Assembly (NCBI GenBank): GCA_964016885.1 | Contig: OZ024743.1 | Coordinates: 347,262,001 to 347,326,000, forward strand | Direction of reading: 5' to 3' | Length of the DNA: 64,000 bases | Source: Eledone cirrhosa | Lineage: Eukaryota | Shown: in pieces, positions 35,291-49,104 of the stretch | Layout of the letters: the number at the start of each line of letters is the position of its first letter | Numbering within the stretch: the first letter of the stretch is position 1 | Made by a program: the position numbers and the translations under genes | The notes under the pieces: model-generated | Databases searched by the model: none | What the model saw: the letters and a program-made list of their open reading frames with translations, nothing else | What the model was told of the DNA's origin: nothing

Positions 35291-35574
35291 GTGAGGAAGA
35301 TGAAAGACCAAGGGAGCACCCCTTCTCTGTGCTCCCGAGGAGAAGGGTTGCACACTTTTTTCGGGGGTGTGTGCGACCCCCCAAGGCGCCTCCTCTCTAT
35401 TGAGGATTTTGTTAAAAATTTTATTTTTTGTTATATCTTATTTTATTTTTATATTTTGTTATTGCCTCCTCCTTATTGAGGACGCCTTTTTGTGTAAACT
35501 CCCCCCTTTGTACTTGTCCCACTTTTGATGCCCTAGTGGCAAATAAAAGAAACATATCTATCTATCTATCTATC

Positions 35575-36130
35575 TCCGGATGGCATAGACGTTCTTCACA
35601 TCGGCTCCTCGAGTATTGGAGATATTACGTGTTAACAGTAAGTGTTTGTCTGTATTCCTGCGTTATTGTGTTAATTAACCCCCTTGCCTGGTCTGCGGAC
35701 ATTAGGGTTAATTTATTTCACCCCTTTTGGGGTGGAATTTTTCATCCTAAAAATCTTGTAATTGTCTATACGCTAATGGTAATGGAAGCCATTACCACAG
35801 GTAACGATGACACGCCCACTAAACAAACTGAAGGAGAGAGGGTAGCTGAGGTAACAAGACTCCCTACTGAAAGAATAATGATTATTAGAATCATTGAAAA
35901 AATGGAGCCTAACCCTAATGAAAAAAATGTGAAAAAAATTGACTCGGAGAAATTGCCAACATTAATGGATGCCGTTTCGACTTTTCACAGTGCCACGCAC
36001 ACCAGCAAAGGTGAAAGAGAAGTAGTAGCTGTGACTACAAGTCTCTCGGATACTGAAAATATAAGTGAACATTTTTAAAAAATGGAGTCTAACCCCAACG
36101 GGGGAAAAATGTGAACGCATACACCAACAT
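35575..36130 (+). mobile_element. Probable 5' end (UTR and ORF1 start) of a second Tx1-like element
   Basis: Starts TCCGGATGGCATAGACG right after (TATC)n, resembling TCTGGGATGGACACACG at the 5' end of the upstream element. A short ORF from about 35776 is followed by (GA)n. Confidence 0.5.
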
Positions 36131-36132
36131 AA

Positions 36133-36195
<63 letters not shown>

Positions 36196-36198
36196 AAT

Positions 36199-36293
<95 letters not shown>

Positions 36294-36479
36294 AATCTGT
36301 TGTCTCCTAAATATGATAACTGTCTTGTAAAATCACTCTAGCCTAATAGGGCAGTATTAACGAATTATCTACTTAGATATCATATATAAACTGCATGGTT
36401 CCTTTATATTTCTTCGATATTTCTCATTGCTCAAAATTCCATGAATTAGAGACCATTGGAATATTAGTAATCAATAAAG

Positions 36480-36675
36480 GGCGTTGGATTGCCAGTATCG
36501 GTAGAGAGTCGGACACCATGCTTTGAAGTATAGAGTTCAAATCCCGCCGATGTTAACTTTGCCTTTCATCCTTACGGGGTCGATAAAATAAAGTACCAGT
36601 AACGTATTGGAGTCGACTTAATCGATTTTCTCTTCACCCCAAATTACTGACCTTGTGTCTCTACTAGAAATCACT
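36480..36675 (+). mobile_element. tRNA-derived SINE (OK-like)
   Basis: GAGTTCAAATCCCGCC...GCCTTTCATCCTTACGGGGTCGATAAAATAAAGTACCAGT. Confidence 0.85.
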
Positions 36676-36805
36676 ATTAATATTCAAAATATAAAGCTAC
36701 TAATTTGTAGAGTTTATATTTTCAAAGTATTCATTGTTGTATAAAGATAACACGTTTATATTGGTTTTCTTGTATTTTGTCTTCTAACTCTTTTTTTTAT
36801 TCTGT

Positions 36806-36833
36806 ATGACGATGGTGGTGGTGATGGTGATGA

Positions 36834-36867
<34 letters not shown>

Positions 36868-37180
36868 GGTGGTGGTGGTGGTGATGGTGGTGATGATGAT
36901 GGTGGTGGTGATGATGATGATGTTGGTGGTGGTGGTGGTGGTGGTGGTGCTGCTGCTGACGATGGTGGTGGTGGTGGTATTGGCGTCGGTGATGGTGATG
37001 ATGATGACGATGTTGATGACAGTGATGGTGGCGATGATGTTTATGACAATGCGATGCTGTTGATAGATTGGAGGGTGGTTGGGATGGTGGTTAGATGGTG
37101 ATGATGATGTCGACGACAAAGATGACGATAATGATGATGATAATGATGATGATGATGACAATGACGATGATGATGGCGAT
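36806..37180. repeat. Compound (GAT)n/(GGT)n microsatellite
   Basis: Mixed trinucleotide runs. Confidence 0.9.
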
Positions 37181-37571
37181 TATGTATGAAGTGGAATCAG
37201 CGAGAAACGGGATGGTAACTTAATGTGAATGTGTGAAAGGTTAACTGATTAGTCGTATATGTATGCAAATATGAGCGTTTGTGATTGTTTATACTGCATC
37301 TATGTGTGTGCGTGTGTGTGTGTATGCGTGTGTGTGTATATGCGTGTGTCTGTTTATAGTTGTATATTTATATACGTCTCTCTCTCGCTTTCTCTCTCTC
37401 TCTTTCTCTTTCTCTCTCTCTCGCTCTCTCTCCATTTCTCTCTCTCTCTCTATCACTCTGCATTGGTCTTCATACGGGTTAATCTGGTAGTATGTTTGTC
37501 TATGTAAGGGAGTATGGGTGTGAACACGTGTTATTGTGTTTATATATATATGCACCTGTGTGTATGTGCGA

Positions 37572-37668
<97 letters not shown>

Positions 37669-37739
37669 CATATATATAAATATATATATATATATAGAGA
37701 GATCTATCTATCTCTCTCTCCCTCTCTCTACATATATAT

Positions 37740-37804
<65 letters not shown>

Positions 37805-38572
37805 CATACACACCTACATACATGCATTCATACATACATACATACGTACACAATTATGACTGCGGCGTTTGAAAAAGAACTGGGACGAAAGGTGCCTGAT
37901 GGTTATTATATTGAAGAGCAAGTTTTAGGTTTTCGAGAGAAAGAAGGAAGAAAAGGATTATTGTTTCTGTTAAAGATGTAGCTGGACGGTTTTAAAGCAA
38001 GGAAGTAGAAGCTAAGTAAAGATGTTCTTATGATCAGATTACCATTTTATTGACACAGCTGAAGCTGTCTTTCACACTTTCATACCCTCTCTCCATCTGT
38101 TAGTCTATCTCTCTTCAACATACATTCATCACCTCTTCTCTTTCTGATTCTTCACTTACATTCACGTTTTCTTTTTCTAAGACAATACTATTTCGTTCAA
38201 TTATTTTTAACTCTTTTGTTACCATATTTCTAATAAAATTTACTGTCTCAGTTTTTCGAATAACTGCAGGGATTTAGTAAAAAAAAAAAAGTCTCTTTAT
38301 TTATTTGATGCTTGAATCATAAATTAAACACATCATTATAGAAATGTATGACGGAAAAGATTTTGATAATTATAAACACTTGAAAATATACAATTTTGTA
38401 TTATAGGAGCAGGAGCAGTTTTTTGCAGTTTTGCTATCAAAAGAGCTAAGGTATCAAAAAGAAAGGAATTTCCTTGTCCTTCTAAATTCGGACGCAAGAA
38501 TGTGCTGTATTTATTCCGACTCTTTATTTTGTGAGTTGAAATACCGTCTATGGTAACTTTGACTTTTATCCT

Positions 38573-39560
38573 TTAGGAGTCTATGAAATAAAGTACTAAT
38601 GTTGTATTGGGGTCGATTAGATAGACTATCTCTTCAAAACCATTCACAGTCCACCTCTCCCTCTTTGTAAATTTTACAACGTGGAGGGTTTCAGGTCTCT
38701 CTATCGCCACACATCCAAGGAGCCACCATATGTCCAGTCCAAACGGAATTTTGGGAAAGCGGACACTTACTGTACTCCTCCCCACGTAGGACGGATACAT
38801 CACTGTTTGCACCGTCTTGCAGGATACCACCGAATGCTTGATAGAAAGGGCCTCAACTTTGAAGGGCACCGATATGCTCCCAAATTGTTTGACCTTAGCT
38901 ATGTGCTCAATGTCAATAATGATGCTGTTCAGTTCAACCTCTACTTTTTTGGGGGAGGTTATCTTGGCTTTGCAAGACTGCACCCAAATGCATCTACATT
39001 GTTAAATTCTCCTCTCCGTCGAGGGCACCACCACACTGGGGACGTTTAAGTTGGACCAGGTTTCTTCTCCTGCAATAACTTTTTCCGTCTGGGCCAAACA
39101 TTCCTTCTTTTAAGGCAGTTCGAAGTTATAATAGGTTGATGTTCAGGTTTGTGTTGCTGCTGGTGCAGTTGTCTTTGTTCACGTTGTTGTTGTAGGTGAT
39201 GGCGGTATTGTTATTGTTGTTCTCACTTTTGTTTTAACTCTTCTTGCTGTTGGTGTTGTTGTCGTTATTGCTTTTGTTGTTGCAGTTATTATTGGTGGTG
39301 TTGCAATTATTGCTGTTGTTTGTGCTGTTGTCAAATATGTTCTCACATGTTTTATCTCTGTTCTTGATGTTGGTGTTGTCATTATTCCCTTGTTGCTCTC
39401 ATTTGCCGTGCTGTTGTTGGCGATGTCATGGTTGTTGTTGTTAACGACACTGCATAATGTGGTGTTGGTTTTCATAATGTTCGTCATTTCACTGCGCTCT
39501 ACGGTTAAGCCATTGTCATATGACAATTGGGTTAAGGCGAGGAGCGTATTCTGTCCATAT
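38573..39560 (-). pseudogene. Decayed Tx1 ORF1
   Basis: YPSYVGRSTVSVRFPKIPFGLDIWWLLG aligns with YPTYMGRRTQKIKIHTILPIIDIWWVLT of ORF1 at 30076; Thr/Asn-rich N-terminus. Confidence 0.8.
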
Positions 39561-39769
39561 TTGAAATAGAAAAAAATATTTTTAAGAACACAAAATGAAT
39601 TTCAGATATTTGCGCCAAATGAGCAAATATCATGGGCAAAAACTAAATGAGCAAATATTATGAGCATTATGTCCCTTTCGTAAAAAAAAAATATGAACAA
39701 CAAAATGATTTAAATAATTTAAAACAACCAACTTACACGAGCTCACAATAATACGTTTTCTTATTTCAA

Positions 39770-42700
39770 ATAGCAATTAAAATAATAAAATAATAATAAA
39801 AGGAAACACAATAATATTAACAAAAGATATTAAAAAAAAAAAAAAAAAATTCCCCAATAGGGGGAGATTAACGAAGATTACTCGTGAAGATGCCAACCAG
39901 CTCGTCACCAAGCCCCAGTTTTTGTCTGTCTGGAGGCCCGGACCAAATAAAAGCCAAATACATTTGACCGGTCCTTCCATCCAACGCCCTACGACGCTGC
40001 TGGTCGGTATGGACCTGCCTCTCCGGGTGACGAGCAACAGACCTACTGACGTTTCCTCGATAGTCTTTTCTTTGTCACCGCCTGGAATTCTCATATTGTA
40101 GTGTCAATCGCTTCGATGTATTTGGCGCCGTCGGCATAAGCTGAACCTGTTCTCCCACATCCCTGTTCGTGCTGGATGCCCCTCAACGTTTCCAGTTTGT
40201 GTAGTTATGGCTCGAACGTCAATATATGCAACAAGGACGAGAGGGGACAACCTGGTGAACCGAGCGCATAATGTTGAACGGTTGCAAGAAGTTACCGTTC
40301 ACTCTCACCACAGAGCAGATGTGGTTGTGCATGGCAGTGACCCACTCTCTGAAAACGAGCTCAAAACTGGCCACCCTAAGGACGACCGCCAGGTATTGAT
40401 AGCTTAACCTGTAGAATACTTTCGGTTGATCTAAATTGTTCAGGGCCCCACCTGTGCTAATTTGCTTCGTTACCCTTATTATAATGTATCACAAGGCGTA
40501 GTTGTGGATGGATCTGTTTCGAATGGCGCATGTCTACGCTTCTCCTATCAGACTTACAACGACAAAAGCCAACCTCATTCCTTAAACTTTGGCAAAATGT
40601 TCAAATCTGCGTTCAGCAGACGTATGGTCCTGAAATTATCTACGTGGTCCCCATTTTTCGGGTCTGAACATGCACCCGTCGTGGTCCTCTGCAGATCGGA
40701 ATGTGGCTTTATTTACACCACACACATTTGCTAATCGGGACTATCGAACGGCTTTCGTCACCTAGTGGTTGAGAGCACGCACCGTACCTAGCTCTGACAA
40801 CGCAGCTTCTTGCTTGGCGTTGAAGAATTAGTCGAGGTCCAATCTCGCCACATCCTCGTCGGTAGCGATGTATTTGCTAAGCGCTTCGATATTGTTCATT
40901 CAAGATCCCGTTCCATTCGCATAATAACAATAAAAAGCGTGAAGTTCCTAGGAAGGTCTCCAGTCGCTTGAAGAAGTCAAGCCGTCCTGCCCCTGTCTGG
41001 GCATAAACAGCCATAGCCTGGATTCTTAGCCTTCATCCCTGGTCACGTCCAGCACCTCAAACTTACATTCAAGGTCCAGGAAGAAGGTTCTTATCACGAG
41101 ATTTAGGCCTTTCCGAAATCACACAGTGAATCCATCTCAAGATCCGGGACGGCGCTGGAGATGCGTACACCACGTAACCACCGAAAATGTGTGCGAAGCC
41201 TTGTGCTTCGGAAATTATGCTCTTGCTGATGGGCATCACATCTATGTTCATTGACTATGATCATTGACTGGATCAAGTGACTCTGCTGCCATGCCGACCC
41301 CAGGCCACTTGCTTATTCCGAGAAAGGCCTTGTTGAAAGAAGAGTGAACCAGGGTGGCAAAGATCACATACCTCAGTTGTATGGAGGAAGATCGGATCCT
41401 CTGTCCTTGTGGCTGGTTGTGATCTCCGCTAAGATGCCTTTGTATATCCTTCTGGAGAGGGTTTCGCAAAAATCTCCAATGCTATTGGGGAATTGTCCTG
41501 TTAATACAGTAGATGTCTTTTATGAGATACATGTTATTTGTATGTCTGTGGGTGGAGTGAATTTCTGGGGTGTTGTGTAGTTTTTCTTTGTGATGCTGTT
41601 GTTGTGCTGGATATTGTACTCAACAGTTTTCTGCTCCGTTCTCAACAACTTTCTGGTCTGTTCGGATCAGGATCTCCATTCCTGCACCGGATCATTTCTC
41701 CTGTTGGTTCTGATTATTTAGAAGTTTCTGGTGTCATCATCGTTGTCGGTACGGACATCAGCCATCAGCCAGAGAATTGCTATAGCGGGCGGAACTTGGG
41801 TCACTCGCCCTCTTATGATACTTTGACTGCAGTAGCTTGAGACAAGATTGAGCTCATCGCTCTTTAGTGGCATCATGGAGTGGTCAATAGCTTCCTGTAG
41901 TTAGGAAATAGCTCGTCCACGGCTCCATATCTTCTCCAACGTCCGATGTGGGATTTTTGAGCGCACACTCCGAGATCCACTCCACCCATTTTTATTGTTT
42001 ATTTCCGTTATTTGTGCGGTATGATACCATACATCATGCATGTCAACCTGAGGGCCACCTATATCATATATGTGTTGTCTGAGGACCACACGCGAAAACT
42101 ACTTGCGCACGTTACAAGTAATTTTACGAAGAGAAAGCATGTTGACGCTGTAAAAACCTTTGTGTGTGCCGCAGGCGTGCTTGTATATGCCGCATGTGGC
42201 CCGCGATCCACATGTTTGACATGCCTTCCCTACATATTCCTCGGTGTTCCATGACTGATAGAAGAGTGAGGCTGACCCTGTGTCCATTTTTTAAAATAAT
42301 TTATCTGACTTCATCCATTTTCTCTTGGGTCACCGTGACCGTTTCATTCTTGTTTGCAGTTATTGCAAAAGAGACGTTTGGTCTTACGCTGTTGTTGCTT
42401 TTGTTTTTGCTACTATTGATGTTATTGCCGATGCCGTTGTTCCTGCCATCACCACTGCTTCTTGTGCTATTGCTGGCGGCGTTGTTACTGTCTCCGGTGT
42501 CACTGCTTTTTAAGCTGCTACTGCTCTCTTTAACTGTCTCTGTTATAATTTTTCGCTGCTGCTTTGTGTTAGTTGTTGTTGTAGTGGTGGCAGTGGTGCT
42601 GTTATTGCTTTTTGATTTCTTTGATAACATATTCTGTGGTTCTTTTGTGCTGAAGACGTTAATTTCGGAAAATCCCATTCAAGAAATAAGCGTGCTTTAG

Positions 42701-42790
42701 TACCACTGATACTATTGCTGTTGGTAGAAAAGTGGCTGTTCTGTTGATCGAAAAATTTCACGTCAGCCATTTTGTTTGTTTATTTTGAAG
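39770..42790 (-). mobile_element. Heavily decayed and deleted Tx1-type LINE (ORF1 about 42770-41370, ORF2 pieces 41300-39870)
   Basis: Remnants NIDVM..ISE, DNFRTIRLLNADLNILPK, YAD, VVGRWMEGPVK...FGPGLQTDKNW; low-complexity ORF1 N-terminus. Confidence 0.8.
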
Positions 42791-43169
42791 ATAATGTTTT
42801 TTTTTAAATTCTTATATTTGGGCCAAAGTGAAGGCTGTTTAAATCGTCTGTTTCTGTTTCAGCTTTTAAAAGCTGCGGGTGAAAGCAGGCTTAATGTTGC
42901 CCCGGGTTGCAGGAGGAATCCTTGATTCAATCAAGAGATCAAATACGAGAAAAGAAGGAGGCCTACAGAGCTTAGCTTGAAATAAGCCCTTCTTCTTGCA
43001 CTTTCGGTGCAAGCAAGCGTGACATGTCGAAGCAGAGACAGTGAATGCGTCAAAAGATAGGACGTGGGAGGACTTTAGAATTAAGCTGGAATCCGACTTC
43101 AGATTAAAAAAAAAATGTTGTAGCAGACCATCAGCCGAATTCATATTAAGAAATGCTCCTCAGCACATG

Positions 43170-44605
43170 CTATCAGGAACGTGTCTAAGTTCTCTTCTCT
43201 TAAAAGGTTGCATCCCCGCAATCGTGATAGAACAAATTAAACCCGGTGACATCATATTCTGATACACAGGAGTGAATCTGGGAGTGATGACTAATCTCTC
43301 GGAGGCTGAGGTCACAAGAGTAATTAAAGAGATCAAATGTCAGAGGAACGCCGAGGAGGAGGTAATTCGGCTCAAGATGTTAAAAGCCTTAAATACAGAA
43401 TATATTCAGTAGCTGACTCATGTGTGCCGGGTGGCCTGGATCTCAGGAAAGACATCTAAGCAATGGCAATCGGCGGTGATAATCCCAATTTTCAAAAAGA
43501 GAAACAATTATAGAGAGGTCTCCTTGTTAAGCTTCCCGGTAAATGTTATGCTAAGTGTCTGGCAAACAGATTTAGGAATAATGTCGAGTCCAGGGTGAAT
43601 TTTGCTCAAGACGCAGCACAACCGACCAAATTTTCACACTGTAGAAGGTCTTTGAGAAAATGTGAATGTACTGCCAAGAGATATATTCTTGATTCGTAGT
43701 CCTTGAAAAGGCACACGAGCGCGTGTCACGGGACCTGCTGCTTAAAGCTGTGTAGGAGGTTTCGAGGGTCAGCTTCTTGATGCCATAATGTCTCTATACG
43801 TATGTATAGTATTTGTATTCGGATAAATGGGATTAAATCGAACCATTAAATATAGCAATCGGACTCCACTAACAGTGCGTATTGTGACACCTCTTGTTTA
43901 TAATCTTTATGAACTCGATTGGCATGCACATCCGGCTTGGAATTGGTATTACAACTGGTAAGTGTAAGGTCAGTCGGCTTGAATTTGCAGACGACATGTT
44001 ATTACTTAACAAGTCAGAAAGTGATCTACGACACGCACGCCATAGGTTTGATGCCAAATGCTGCACGGTTACAATGAAAATCAGTGCAGCGGAGACTGAA
44101 ATACTCGTCCTTTCATGAACGCCTACACAGAGCATTCTACGTGTGAATGGATTTCCATTGAAGCAGGTGCAGAAGTTTCAGTAACTCGGGACTATGTTCA
44201 CGAGTGACAGAAGAAAGAGGCAGCATTAAGAGCAATAATTGCAGAAGCTGGCGCTGTAATGCGCCAACTCGAGCTTTCTGTCACCAGAAGAAGAGAGCTT
44301 GGTGTTAAAGCCAAACTCGTTATCTTCCATTCGTTATTCGTGCCAACCAATGGATCTTGGATAATGACCAATAAAATATGATCACGTATACCATAGGCCG
44401 AAATGGGATTCCTTCCAAAGGTCTTTTGAGAAACGTTACTCGATAAAGTGCGTAGCACAGATATCGGAGAGCCACTCCAGGTAGAGCCGGTACTTCTCCG
44501 ATTTGAGAGATCACAGCTCCGAGACAGTTGCTTATGATAGGACCTTCTGGAAGGCGTGTCTGAAGACTCTGCCTTCATGATCTTCCTAGGAATAAGTGGG
44601 TGGTG
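43170..44605 (+). mobile_element. Decayed RTE-clade LINE (RT region)
   Basis: Remnants IIPIFKK, TTDQIF, LEKAHERV, LEFADDM, QVQKFQ.LG, AEMGFL, ERSQLR; ends in (AGA)n. Confidence 0.75.
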
Positions 44606-44799
44606 AAGAAGAAGAAGAAGAAGAAGAAGAAGAAGAAGAAGAAGAAGAAGAAGAAGAAGAAGGTATTCCATTTACCATAACATTGAAATAAACTCAACCA
44701 CTTCATGAATAAGAATAGCAACGAGAACTAGAGCAGGAAAAAACAAAGGCAATCCCATAATGAACATCACCATAAACAGCATATTTTACCACTGGCACC

Positions 44800-44997
<198 letters not shown>

Positions 44998-45313
44998 GTC
45001 AACAGTAGGTATTTCGGCAATGTTCCCAGCCCTGTTTGCTTTGCCATCTCTTCCAAAATTTCTAACAACCGTAGGGAATGGTGAGACGCAGCTTTTCAAC
45101 ATAAAAATAACAATCTCGAGTTTCCACATCAATTGTCAACTCGGAGGGAGGGATATGGATTGGGAGTTGTAGAAGGTTGGTGATAAAATTATACATATAT
45201 ATATACATATATACACGCACACAAACACACATTCATACACACATATATACATATATACATACATACATAAATACATAAATACATACATGCATACATAAAT
45301 GCATACATATATA

Positions 45314-45374
<61 letters not shown>

Positions 45375-45434
45375 CTGTGTGTGTGTCAGTATGTAAGTAA
45401 ACATATATACATTATATACATTTCTCTGCGTCAG

Positions 45435-45549
<115 letters not shown>

Positions 45550-45644
45550 TTGTGTCTTTCCTAATATAATCTTCGATATATCTTATGTAATAAATACAAA
45601 GTGCTGGATAATACATAGAACTAAATTACGTTACGTATATATAT

Positions 45645-45675
<31 letters not shown>

Positions 45676-45690
45676 CATACACACACACAC

Positions 45691-45730
<40 letters not shown>

Positions 45731-45824
45731 CTGTGTGTGTGTATGAATTGTTTTTTCGTTAAAACACCTACATGGTGATTCTATACCACATTAGTTTTGG
45801 TCGCTTTTGTCCTATATATATACT

Positions 45825-45927
<103 letters not shown>

Positions 45928-46354
45928 GGGGGAGGATTGAGAGAATGATAGAAAGATTTGTTATATTTTCAGAGATGTTGAAATAAGACACACACATACG
46001 CACACACATTCACTCACACAGATATATACACACTGACTGACACTTGCATACACACACACGCAAACGTGTGCACACACTTGTATCTATTCACATATATACA
46101 CATGTGCGTACATGTTCGTTTAAGTATGTTGCATTGAAGGAGACGAAAGCAAACTCTGAGTCACTCAGTAGAGATGTATGGAAAAAAAAATGGTGGTTAG
46201 TAGGAGATGAAACTTTGTTAAGAGAATGTTGGGAAGGCAGGGTGTTGTGTTGGAACAGGGTGTAAAATATCAGTGATCAGTGGACGGGAAAATTGACTGG
46301 GATACATTATTGCACCTGACACGTATGTATATATATATATATGCTTGTGTGTAT

Positions 46355-46404
<50 letters not shown>

Positions 46405-46433
46405 AGGTGTATAGATATATAAATATAGTCATT

Positions 46434-46517
<84 letters not shown>

Positions 46518-46965
46518 AAAGTTTTATTTAAAATTGTTGGGATACAACAACTAAATATTTTTATAACTGATATAAAGCACTCCACAAGTATTTGGAGTAG
46601 ATATACGATATTAATAAATGGAAACTATATTTATAAAACCATATTTATTTCATTTGTTATCTCTCTGTTGCTTTCCTCTGTTTTTCTTATTTCTTCCTTT
46701 TTTCTTTTTTCTTTCCGCCTGTCTTTATTTATCTCTTCCTTTTTTCGCCACGCATTTTTCTCTCTCCGATATTTCTCCACATTTTTTTATTTTTATTTTT
46801 CTCTCTCTCCTTTTTTTTTCTTTCTCTCCGTCTTTTTCTAATTGTCCTTAACACTAAGACTTATTAAAATAATATAAACAATTCACTATCCAGATGGCCT
46901 CCAAAAATAATGGTCGCATTTTAAAAGGGTAAGTCAAAGCTTATTTGTAAAACTGTTATATATTG

Positions 46966-47030
46966 TATTTTGTCTGATGAAGGCATACCATAATTTAATT
47001 TGGTATACCTAAAAAATGTATAATGAAATA
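46966..47030 (+). ncRNA. Decayed type I hammerhead; the segment downstream of it is mirrored at 46604-46654
   Basis: TATTTTGT-CTGATGA-AGGCATACCA-(10 nt)-TGGTATACCT-AAAAAATGT-ATA-ATGAAATA; the GAAA is mutated but stems I and II pair. Confidence 0.65.
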
Positions 47031-47069
47031 AATATGGTTTTATAAATATAGTTTCCATTTATTAATATC

Positions 47070-47165
<96 letters not shown>

Positions 47166-47719
47166 GTGTGCGTATGTGAGTGGGGAATCTTGACATCCAG
47201 ACACTCCAGGTGAGGCGACAGCTATATCTGAATTCTGGGGTATGAGGGTGAGATCCATCATCTCGACAGTAGTCGACGAATGATGATGATGATGATATTT
47301 GACAACAGAATAAGTCATTAATCTAGAACGCTAAATAAACGCAACTTCTACGTGGTTGCTTTACTGGGCCTGCTTAAAACAGCAGCTAAACCTTCCTCAA
47401 ATCAAAACCTGCATACCAATTCAAACACTGTCATTTACATTACCATGCAAGAATGCGCCAAGCATTAAACACTTCATTCACCAAAGTCTTTAATCAGTCC
47501 GATTTTTCTTAATCGTTTTCTATTTTACTCTTTTTCGTTTTGTTTTTCTCTCCCAAGACGATCCGACATAACATTGATATCACGTGACACGAAAGAAAAT
47601 ATTATTAGGCAACTATACAGTAAGCTGACGAGACTATATGCTCCATTCACAAGAAGAAGCCAATCTAACACTACTGTGTTGTTTCATTTACTCGTTTTCG
47701 TCATCACACAAGTGAAGTT

Positions 47720-48124
47720 CTTCTTTTCCTATCTTCCAAGCATGTGGTTATATGACAGTTTCCCATTTCTTTACACAGTCCTTTGTATTACTATTAAATT
47801 CTGTGAGATCTTTTAAGCTGCACTGTTTGGGTAGTAGAGGGCAAAAAAGGCAGTGCTGCATCGTATGGTCCTCCTCTCCGCATTCGCAGATGGTTGGGCC
47901 AGTCTTGTAGCCACATCTGGCCATAGCAGCTTTTGATCGCCCCATTCCTGTTCTCAGGCGGTTGAGTGAATTCCACTGGACCCATGGTTCTTCTGAGCCA
48001 GGAGGGAGGGCTTCAGAAGGGGGATTCCCATGTCAATAGGAGGGGAGTCATTCTCTAGATTTCTAGTCCATAGCTGTAGTCTGGTTTCTTCCTGAGATGT
48101 TGTTCGGGGCTGGACATAGCTGAG
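47720..48124 (-). mobile_element. 3' fragment of an Ingi/Vingi-like non-LTR retrotransposon
   Basis: Minus strand WNSLNRLRTG-GRSKAAMARCGY...CECGEEDHTMQHCLFCP; the clade assignment is from motif memory. Confidence 0.6.
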
Positions 48125-48139
48125 GATTATTATTATTAT

Positions 48140-49020
48140 TACAGTTGCATTTATCTTGCTTTATGTTCATACGAGTTATCACCAAGTCACAATCAGTGAC
48201 CTCAAGAGACAACAAGGTCCGCCATGTTCAAGAAAGAATATACATACTCACACATGCATCTTTAGTGTTTAGACTTGTGATGTACTTATATTGACAGAAT
48301 CTTCCTTAGTATATGGGCAGTTCCCAATAGTACTATCTTTTGTATTTCTCCTATGCGCGGGTCTCCTGGGATTTGCGATAAGTAATCATTAGACCCCTTA
48401 GGTATCATTCCCAGAGCGCCTACAACCACTGGTATTGTTTTAGTTCTCAATTTCCACATTTTTCCAATTTCTATCTCCAGTTCCTTATACTTGCTCAATT
48501 TTTCAAATGTTTTATAGATACATTCTTGTCTATTGGAACGGAGATACCAATTAGCAGGCATACCCTCTTTTTAAAGTCTTTCAATATTATATCAGGTCTA
48601 TTTGCATCTATTTTTCGGTCTGTTTGGATGCTAAAGTTCCACAAGATTGAGATGTGAGGTGGTTGATGCTCCCACCAATTCTTTTGATGGGGCAGGTCAA
48701 AATGCTTACACATTATCCAATGTATGTATTGTGCAGCTCTGTCATGCCTGTTTAGGTATTCGGTTGGAGCTATAGGACTGCACATTGAAATTATATGGTC
48801 AATGGTCTCTGGTTGTTTTTTGCATACACGGCAAAATGGGCTGCATCCATTTTTTATTATGTTGGCTTGGTAATTTTTTGTTGGCAGACACTGATCTTGT
48901 GCTGATATAATCAGTCCTTCAGTCTCCGATTTCAGTCCAGAGGATGCCAACCACTGATGGGTTAAAGTTTTGTCAACATCAGGATTGTTAGCTCGTTCAA
49001 CATCAGGATTGTTAGCTCGT
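48140..49020 (-). mobile_element. R4/Dong-clade non-LTR retrotransposon, 3' fragment (CCHC plus restriction-like endonuclease)
   Basis: LKSETEGLIISAQDQ, CRVC..ETIDHIISMC, RHD, RPDII, IPVVVGALG; (TAA)n on both sides. Confidence 0.88.
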
Positions 49021-49029
49021 TTATTATTA

Positions 49030-49074
<45 letters not shown>

Positions 49075-49104
49075 TATTATTATTATTATTATTATTATTG
49101 TTGT

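Larger units (their letters stand above)
29811..35554 (+). mobile_element. Near full-length L1/Tx1-clade LINE between (TATC)n tracts
   Basis: 5' UTR, ORF1, ORF2 and a 3' UTR ending AATAAAAGAAAC; (TATC)n on both sides (29771-29810, 35555-35574). Confidence 0.93.
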
